Shown in pieces: positions 58,083 to 64,000 of a stretch of DNA of 64,000 bases. This DNA is from Candidatus Woesebacteria bacterium RIFCSPLOWO2_01_FULL_39_23 (lineage in GTDB: Bacteria > Patescibacteriota > Microgenomatia > UBA8517), in contig MGHG01000009.1 of NCBI GenBank assembly GCA_001793095.1, forward strand, positions 15,450 through 79,449, given 5' to 3'. The notes under the pieces are model-generated. The model saw only the letters and a list, made by a program, of their open reading frames with translations. It was not told the origin of the DNA and did no database searches. How positions within the stretch are numbered: the first letter of the stretch is position 1; each line of letters begins with the position of its first letter. The translations under genes were made by a program, and so were the position numbers.

Positions 58083-60097
58083 TTTTCCTTGATAGTCACT
58101 CCATACTTCGTTCTTAATATTCTGAATATTTCCTTCCTAATTTTATCCACCTCTGAGTCTGTTAGTGTTCTATTTGGAGACTGGTAAGAAATCCTAAAGG
58201 TGTATGAATCACCGAAAATATCCATTAGTCTAACTTCTGTTAATTGGTCATGTGTTGATTGAATAGCGGCTATTACTTTACCTATTTCGGTTTTGGTAGG
58301 GATGATAAGTGTCAAATCTTCAATTTGAGGAGGGAAATTTGGCCATAACGCTACGGGTATCACTGCGGCGTTATCAAGCAATTTATCAAGATAAATTTCG
58401 GTAAAATAAGTATCTTGTAGCATGCCCCCGATCCCTATAACCGCCTTTTTAACACGTATGTTAAAAGATTTAGCAAGGCCAGAATTATCGGCTGACGAGT
58501 ACTGCATCTCCGTAATTTGCATGAGTTTCAGAAACGCCTCTAGATAGCCTTTGAATTTTCTAAAATCGTTATTTTTTTTATTCCAATATGCAATTCCTAG
58601 AGCTCGATTTTCAATGTATTTTGAATTTTTTTGATAATAGATTTTTCCTACTTCAAAAATTCTGGCGCTTTCGCCTCGTTCATTTTTTATTTTAGTAACA
58701 TAACTAATGAGACTCGGTAAAATTGTCATTCTCATCTCCTCGATTTCGGGTGATGGGCGATTTTCAATTGTTATCGGTGATGCCTTATCGCTTAATAAGA
58801 GGTTGTATTTTTGCAATTCAGGATTAACAAACGGCAGGCTTATGATCTCATCAAAACCAAGAGAGGTTAGCGAATTCTTGATGTCATTTTCTTGCTTGAT
58901 AAAATCCGGTGTAATATTTTCGGGTATTTCGAGCGCTAAAGTCTTGGTTGAAATTTCGTCGTAACTTAAAATTCTAAGGATTTCTTCGATTACATCTTCC
59001 TGACCTTCAACATCGGTTCTGAAAGTTGGAATTTGTACTTCGATTTCATTATCATTAACGGAAATTATATTAAAGTAAAGTCTTTTTAGAATTTTTAATA
59101 CAGCATCCTTCTCTATTATTAATCCCGATAAAGAAGTAAGATAATTAAAGTTCAGTATTAGTGTTCGAGGTTTTACGGGTTTGGGATAGTAATCAAATAT
59201 CCCGCCGTCAATGCTTCCCCAATTATATTTTTTAAGAAGATATAAAAACCTTTTAATGCCTTCTTCAACAAGATTGGAGTCCAGCTCTTTCTCGTGCCTA
59301 ATCCCCGCGTCGGTCAGAAGATAATGTCGATGAACGGTTCTCCGAATATTGGCTTGGTTATAGCTTGCGGCTTCGAGTAAGACGTGGGTAGTCATATCGC
59401 TAATCGAATGATACTTACCGCCAACTGCTCCAGCTACTGAAAGAACTGATTTTTCGTCAGCCCATACGAGGTCGTCCGATATCAATTTAATGTTCATATC
59501 CTGAAATGTTGTTATTTCCTCGCCAACTTTAGCAAGTCGGACTTTTAAGAATTTCCCCAGTTTTTCCGAATCAAAAGCATGCATCGGTTGACCGGTTTCG
59601 AGCATTACATAGTTAGTAAGATCAACAATATTATTGAGGGCGGGTATTCCGTACTCTTCCAATCTTCGGCGAATCTCCGGAGGAGAGGGAGTAATTTTGA
59701 CGTCTTTTATTCTTATTGCCATGACACGCTTAACGAATTGTGATTCAGCGTTTATTGTGAAGTCTTTCAATGCGTGTGTGAGTTTGGTATCTTGATATAA
59801 AGGAAGTTCTTTGAGTTGTTTATCAAAAATGGCTGAAATTTCCCTAGCGATACCCCGAATTGAATAGCAGTCGGCTCTGTTACCTCGTAGTTCCAGGTCA
59901 AGTATGCGATTTTCATTAACTTCGTCAATTTTATCCAGCATATGTCCAGCCATCGTAAGACGGTCAGTTAGTACGGATAATTTATCGGGTAAGCTGACGT
60001 ACTCTTTGAGCCAATTAATTGGGAATCGCATATTAGTACTTAATGTCTCCGTTATATAAACTTCGGATATCGGATATTCCGAATCTGTCCATGACAA
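58079..60097 (-). CDS. pheT: Phenylalanine--tRNA ligase beta subunit
   Basis: 672 aa. MRFPINWLKEYV N-terminus, with B3/B4, B5 and FDX-ACB-like regions. Confidence 0.9.
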   Translation of the reverse strand: MSWTDSEYPISEVYITETLSTNMRFPINWLKEYVSLPDKLSVLTDRLTMAGHMLDKIDEVNENRILDLELRGNRADCYSIRGIAREISAIFDKQLKELPLYQDTKLTHALKDFTINAESQFVKRVMAIRIKDVKITPSPPEIRRRLEEYGIPALNNIVDLTNYVMLETGQPMHAFDSEKLGKFLKVRLAKVGEEITTFQDMNIKLISDDLVWADEKSVLSVAGAVGGKYHSISDMTTHVLLEAASYNQANIRRTVHRHYLLTDAGIRHEKELDSNLVEEGIKRFLYLLKKYNWGSIDGGIFDYYPKPVKPRTLILNFNYLTSLSGLIIEKDAVLKILKRLYFNIISVNDNEIEVQIPTFRTDVEGQEDVIEEILRILSYDEISTKTLALEIPENITPDFIKQENDIKNSLTSLGFDEIISLPFVNPELQKYNLLLSDKASPITIENRPSPEIEEMRMTILPSLISYVTKIKNERGESARIFEVGKIYYQKNSKYIENRALGIAYWNKKNNDFRKFKGYLEAFLKLMQITEMQYSSADNSGLAKSFNIRVKKAVIGIGGMLQDTYFTEIYLDKLLDNAAVIPVALWPNFPPQIEDLTLIIPTKTEIGKVIAAIQSTHDQLTEVRLMDIFGDSYTFRISYQSPNRTLTDSEVDKIRKEIFRILRTKYGVTIKEN

Positions 60098-61034
60098 TCC
60101 GGTCTAATCCCATCCCGAAAGCGAAACCGCTAATTTCTCTCGGGTTATAACCGGCATTTTTTAAAATAATGGGGTGGATCATACCAGATCCGAGCATTTC
60201 TATCCAACCTCTTCCTTTGCATACACTACAACCTTTCATCTTGCAGAATTGGCAATCCAAATCCAATCCTGCTCCCGGTTCAACTTCTGGGTAATATTTA
60301 CACCTGAACCTGATATGGCGTTTTTCCCCAAAGAATTTCTTAACAAAGTAAAATAGAGTGCCTTTAAGATCGGCCATTGAAAGACCCTGCTGTAAAGCGA
60401 AACCTTGGAATTGATAAAACATAGCATTATTACTGGCGTTAGCCTTTTCCTCGCGATAGCATTTACCCGCAACGACGATTCTAAAGGGTGGTTTTATATC
60501 AGATAATGCTCTTGCTTCAACGGAAGAAGTATGTGTCCTAAGGACATAATCCGGCTCCTGAATGTAGAGAGCATCCTGCAGGCTTCTTGCTGGGTGATCT
60601 TTGGGCAAATTAAGTTTTCCGAAGTTAAATTCATCTGTTTCAATCTCGGGACCCTCATACATAGAAAATCCTAGATGATGAAAGATTTTAAACATGTCAT
60701 TAATCACAATTGATGTCGGGTGCAAGTGTCCGATTTTATATTCAATTCCGGGAACTGAGGCATCAAACCATGTTTTTTTTAATGACTCTCGGTTAATAAT
60801 TTCATTCTTCTTTTGGTTTAAAGCACTTTCAATAGCATGTTTAGCTTCATTTATGGAAATTCCTACTTCTCCTCGCTCCTCGGTTTTTAAGTTCTTTAAC
60901 TCTTTTGTCAAGCTGTTTACTTTTCCGTTTCTGCCTAGATAAGAAATTTTCAATTCATCTATTTCAGCCAATAAAATGACGTCCATAATTCGTGCAATGG
61001 CTTCGTTTTTTAGGTTTAAAATATCTTCACGCAT
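60033..61034 (-). CDS. pheS: Phenylalanine--tRNA ligase alpha subunit
   Basis: Class II motifs (FRxE, GxGxGxxR-type). KDHPARSLQDALYI. Confidence 0.9.
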   Translation of the reverse strand: MREDILNLKNEAIARIMDVILLAEIDELKISYLGRNGKVNSLTKELKNLKTEERGEVGISINEAKHAIESALNQKKNEIINRESLKKTWFDASVPGIEYKIGHLHPTSIVINDMFKIFHHLGFSMYEGPEIETDEFNFGKLNLPKDHPARSLQDALYIQEPDYVLRTHTSSVEARALSDIKPPFRIVVAGKCYREEKANASNNAMFYQFQGFALQQGLSMADLKGTLFYFVKKFFGEKRHIRFRCKYYPEVEPGAGLDLDCQFCKMKGCSVCKGRGWIEMLGSGMIHPIILKNAGYNPREISGFAFGMGLDRIVMDRFGISDIRSLYNGDIKY

Positions 61035-61169
61035 GTTTAGATAGTAGTTGATAGTTTATGGTTGATGGAAAAATGCCATGAACTCAATACTAACTAACTA
61101 CTAAACTTATTTATATGTATTTTAGACGATTTTACTTGGTAATTGTAAATGTGTTTGCATCAGAACTCT

Positions 61170-61430
61170 TCAGATAGCATTCTTATTGGGGTCTGAACCC
61201 CAAGATATTTTATTTCTCATCTGTTCTTCGGTTTCACCAAGCTTTTTTAGTAATTCCTCAGTTTCTCTATCTTGCTTTCTTTTACTCACAGTAATTTGTA
61301 TCAACCTTCTATTCTCACGCGAATTACCGTATGTTCGATTAAGCCAGCCGGCAATCCGTGTAGCTCCTCTATTAGATTTAGATTCTTTTACCTTTTGTAA
61401 ACCATCTTCCAGGCTTTCAATATTTGTCAT
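61170..61430 (-). CDS. Small hypothetical protein (87 aa from the Met with a strong SD AAAGAGGTGA), possibly ribbon-helix-helix-like
   Basis: Minus strand: aaagaggtgacaaatATG. It lies between rplT and pheS, where E. coli has the pheM leader. A strand-helix-helix pattern (RLIQITVSK, then two helices) is only suggestive. Confidence 0.35.
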   Translation of the reverse strand: MTNIESLEDGLQKVKESKSNRGATRIAGWLNRTYGNSRENRRLIQITVSKRKQDRETEELLKKLGETEEQMRNKISWGSDPNKNAI

Positions 61431-61570
61431 ATTTGTCACCTCTTTTTTTACGATTAATAACTTAATGACATACCCTACGCAACTTAGCTTTTGCCTTTTT
61501 AATACTGTTCGTATACGGCTCAAGCTGCGTTTACTGTAGGGTCGTTTTATTTTTAGTAAATTAAAGCTGT

Positions 61571-61597
61571 AAAACGAAAAAACCCCGCCGGTGCGGG
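61571..61597 (-). terminator. Rho-independent terminator after rplT
   Basis: The minus strand reads CCCCGC-accg-GCGGGG followed by TTTTTTcgTTTT. Confidence 0.75.
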
Positions 61598-61684
61598 GTT
61601 AATCCACAACAAGCTCTAACCCCGCGTTAGGTGAGGTTAAAGCTAAAATATTTAACTACTAAATTTCTCATATTGAAAAGTATT

Positions 61685-62032
61685 TTAATTCTTTTCCTTA
61701 ACACTGTCAACAATTTTAGTAAAAGTTGTCGGATCGGTTGCAGCAATATCTGATAATATTTTCCTATCGAGCTCAATCTTTTTATTTTTTAATGCTGCAA
61801 TAAATTTGCTGTAACTTAAGCCTTCCTGTTTGACTGCAGCACTCAACCTCGTAATCCACAGCCTGCGTAAGGTTCGTTTTTTGTTTTTTCTACCGGCAAA
61901 AGCATATTGGCCAGCATGTAATAACGCCTCTTTACCTGCTTTGATACGCCTCTGTCGGGCATGTCTGAATCCACGCGTAGCAAGCCGGACTTTTCTGTGG
62001 CGCCTTGCTGTGATTGATTTTACTCTTGTCAT
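61685..62032 (-). CDS. rplT: 50S ribosomal protein L20
   Basis: MTRVKSITARRHRKVRLATRGFRHARQRRIKAGKEALLHAG. Confidence 0.9.
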   Translation of the reverse strand: MTRVKSITARRHRKVRLATRGFRHARQRRIKAGKEALLHAGQYAFAGRKNKKRTLRRLWITRLSAAVKQEGLSYSKFIAALKNKKIELDRKILSDIAATDPTTFTKIVDSVKEKN

Positions 62033-62048
62033 AAATTTAGTAATTAGG

Positions 62049-62249
62049 TTATTTGGCGATTTTTATGATTTCATAATCTCCCGGATTATTACCAAGCAAA
62101 AGAGTTCTATCTTCGACATCTTGTCTTTTTGATGCAATTGCTATTAATCCTTCGCTTGTAAAACTGGCATGTTTGCCGGGATGAAGCTTTTTAAGCGTTT
62201 CAGTTAAATTGTTTATATGGTAACCAATAGTACGTTCGTTATTATTCAT
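62049..62249 (-). CDS. Small hypothetical protein (66 aa) wedged between rpmI and rplT
   Basis: Start 5 nt after the rpmI stop, with an AGGAAG SD 9 nt upstream. Stop 16 nt before the rplT start. Same strand, no homology recognised. Confidence 0.4.
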   Translation of the reverse strand: MNNNERTIGYHINNLTETLKKLHPGKHASFTSEGLIAIASKRQDVEDRTLLLGNNPGDYEIIKIAK

Positions 62250-62254
62250 GACTA

Positions 62255-62449
62255 TTATCTTCCTAATGCTTTTTTAATTTTCTTTGCGTAATAACCCGTT
62301 AACTCGATTTGCTTTTTCAACGCTCTTTTTCTTTTACTGCTTTTTTTTGCGTTAAGATGTCGCCTAAAACCTTGGTGTCTTAGTAATTTCCCCTTTTTTG
62401 TTACGCGTATTCTTTTTGTTATAATCTTTTTTGTTTTTTGTTTTCCCAT
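62255..62449 (-). CDS. rpmI: 50S ribosomal protein L35
   Basis: MGKQKTKKIITKRIRVTKKGKLLRHQGFRRH. Confidence 0.9.
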   Translation of the reverse strand: MGKQKTKKIITKRIRVTKKGKLLRHQGFRRHLNAKKSSKRKRALKKQIELTGYYAKKIKKALGR

Positions 62450-62524
62450 AGTTTCGCTTCTTGAGCGCTCAATGATATATCATAACTCCCTCCTTGTGCA
62501 ACTTCAATTATAAAAATAGATAAT

Positions 62525-63082
62525 TTATTTTTGGTCATTTTCCGTTTCTGTTTGGAGTTTGGGTTTGTTGACCGGTGAAATAGTCATAGCTAAATGCCGG
62601 CCGAAAAATTTCGGTTCTGAATCTATTGTAATTGAACCACCGAGTTCATTGGTTGTTTTTGTTAAGAGGTCATATCCGAATTCTTTTCTACCCATTTGTC
62701 TTCCCTTGAAAACTACCACCAATCTGACTTTATTTTTATCAGCTAAAAACTCTTTCACTCTTTCTAGTCGGGTTGTGTAGTCATGATCACCGATGAAGGG
62801 GGAGAACCTGATTTCTTTCAATCCTCCACTTTTTGAACCTTTTTTTTCGCGCCGCAATTTTTTCTCTTCCTGATATCTAAATTTTCCAAGTTCTACAATT
62901 TTTGTTACGGGGGGTTTTGCGTTGGGGGCTATCTCGACTAAATCAAGCCCTGCCTTTCGTGCTTCATCGAGGGCTTGTGATAATTTCAATACTCCGATCT
63001 GTTTCCCGTCAGCACCGACTACCCGAACTTCCGGTGCATGTATCTGTTGATTAATTCTCCAATAAAGATTAGCTGTTTTCAA
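62525..63082 (-). CDS. infC: Translation initiation factor IF-3 (non-ATG start, TTG in the ORF track)
   Basis: INQQIHAPEVRVVGADGKQIGVLKLSQALDEARKAGLDLVEIAPNAKPPV. An unusual start codon is the norm for infC. Confidence 0.85.
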   Translation of the reverse strand: MKTANLYWRINQQIHAPEVRVVGADGKQIGVLKLSQALDEARKAGLDLVEIAPNAKPPVTKIVELGKFRYQEEKKLRREKKGSKSGGLKEIRFSPFIGDHDYTTRLERVKEFLADKNKVRLVVVFKGRQMGRKEFGYDLLTKTTNELGGSITIDSEPKFFGRHLAMTISPVNKPKLQTETENDQK

Positions 63083-63143
63083 TTTCCTTTAAGTTACATG
63101 AAGTTTACTGTATCTATGTTTTTCAATCAAGTATTTCTTTATT

Positions 63144-63164
63144 TGACAAGGTCCGACCTTGTCA
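63144..63164 (-). promoter_or_regulatory. Perfect 10-bp-stem palindrome TGACAAGGTC-c-GACCTTGTCA overlapping the thrS stop codon, upstream of infC
   Basis: Seen directly. No U-tract follows on the minus strand. Confidence 0.4.
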
Positions 63165-63998
63165 GAACGATTTTTGATCGGATTTCCAGATAGCCTTATC
63201 ACCTATTTCATTTTTAATATTTTTTATAAAAATATCTAAGCTGAAAGGTCCGTCTGATTCGCCACTTCTTGCGCGTTGCATGACTGTATTTGTTTTCATC
63301 TCTCTGTCTCCGACTATTAACATATAATTTACTTTTTCATTTTGTGCATCACGTATTTTACCAGGCAGAGTTGCATTACGATCATCTAGTTCAGCTCTAA
63401 TATCGTTTTCGCGTAAAGTATTGCTAATTTTATTTGCATAATCCATGTGACGGGTTGAAATAGGCAAGACTTTTACCTGTACAGGAGAAAGCCAGGTTGG
63501 AAAATTGCCTCCGTAGTGCTCAATCAAAAAACCTATAAACCGCTCATGTGATCCGAGGGGGGCGCGATGGATTACAACCGCCAATTGTTTATTGCCTTTT
63601 GCGTCCGTATATTCAAGGTTAAATCTCGTAGGCATGTATAAATCGAGTTGGTTTGTGGAAATACCAAATTCCCTTCCAACAGATGAAGTTATATTAAAGT
63701 CTACTTTAGGTCCATAAAAAGCTGCTCCGCCAACATCATCAATATGTTTGATGGCTGATTTATCAATAGCATTGCGCATCATTTTTTCCGCTTTGTCCCA
63801 GAGAGCTTTGTCACCATGATATTTATCCCTTTTCTTCTCATCAGGTAAACCGATGACGATGTGATAGTCTTTTTTAGTTAAGCCAAGAGTGTTGTAATAG
63901 TATTCGTGTAACTTTAGAACGTCCAAAAACTCCTTTTCCGCCTGATCTTCAGTGCAGTAAATGTGTGCATCGTTTTGTTGAATGAATCTAACTCGCAT
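63162..63998 (-). CDS. thrS: Threonine--tRNA ligase, C-terminal part (5' end beyond the window edge)
   Basis: Class II catalytic core and anticodon-binding domain motifs (RxE region, GGAAFYGPKVDF). The ORF is open to the window end. Confidence 0.85.
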   Translation of the reverse strand: MRVRFIQQNDAHIYCTEDQAEKEFLDVLKLHEYYYNTLGLTKKDYHIVIGLPDEKKRDKYHGDKALWDKAEKMMRNAIDKSAIKHIDDVGGAAFYGPKVDFNITSSVGREFGISTNQLDLYMPTRFNLEYTDAKGNKQLAVVIHRAPLGSHERFIGFLIEHYGGNFPTWLSPVQVKVLPISTRHMDYANKISNTLRENDIRAELDDRNATLPGKIRDAQNEKVNYMLIVGDREMKTNTVMQRARSGESDGPFSLDIFIKNIKNEIGDKAIWKSDQKSF

Positions 63999-64000
63999 TA

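Noticed and set aside
61035-61170. Possible T-box or attenuator leader upstream of pheS.
   Set aside because: The region is only about 135 nt. It lacks the T-box consensus (AATTAGGGTGGNACCGCG) and a specifier-loop architecture.

Overview
This is a compact, low-GC (roughly 35-40%) bacterial segment with short intergenic spacers and many small hypothetical membrane proteins. Gene content suggests a Patescibacteria/CPR-like organism; this is inference only. Housekeeping genes include dnaB, tRNA-Leu(CAA), efp, gyrA and gyrB (not adjacent), a membrane pyrophosphatase, recG, tyrS, PBP1A, nusB, acpP-like, rnc, rpsP and a 53-aa rpmF missed by the ORF track. The thrS-infC-rpmI-rplT-pheS-pheT block has E. 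coli-like order on the minus strand. The centrepiece (about 23.6-48.6 kb) is a complete monoderm-style type IV pilus/competence-pilus locus: pilB, pilT, pilC, two paralogous major pilins, pilD, eight tandem prepilin-type minor (pseudo)pilins, a PilX-like protein, pilM, pilN and a PilO-like protein. No secretin is present. Two insertions interrupt this locus. (i) An AT-richer island of about 4.8 kb with three glycosyltransferases sits exactly between the duplicated pilin genes; it is a candidate pilin glycosylation module. (ii) A block of four secreted or membrane hypotheticals sits between the minor pilins and pilX, including an 846-aa cysteine-rich protein. I also found several non-coding signals not explained by genes. 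Four gene leaders (efp, gyrA, rpsP, rpmF) share a motif TTTCTTTGCC followed by a 10-11-bp hairpin whose arms covary; the hairpin buries the purine-rich RBS. Two r-protein operons share a sigma70-like promoter. A palindromic repeat CTCCGAG(C)CGGAG occurs in tandem arrays, including in-frame inside rluA and inside a prepilin leader peptide. Three intergenic MITE-like elements of about 100-130 bp are present. A tandem pair of GNRA-tetraloop hairpins shows compensatory changes. A TrpR-like regulator gene is bracketed by two copies of an inverted-repeat operator-like site. Small ORFs are wedged into the infC-rpmI-rplT operon and the rplT-pheS spacer. I saw no rRNA, CRISPR array or transposase. Every functional assignment comes from reading motifs by eye and needs a homology or HMM search to confirm.
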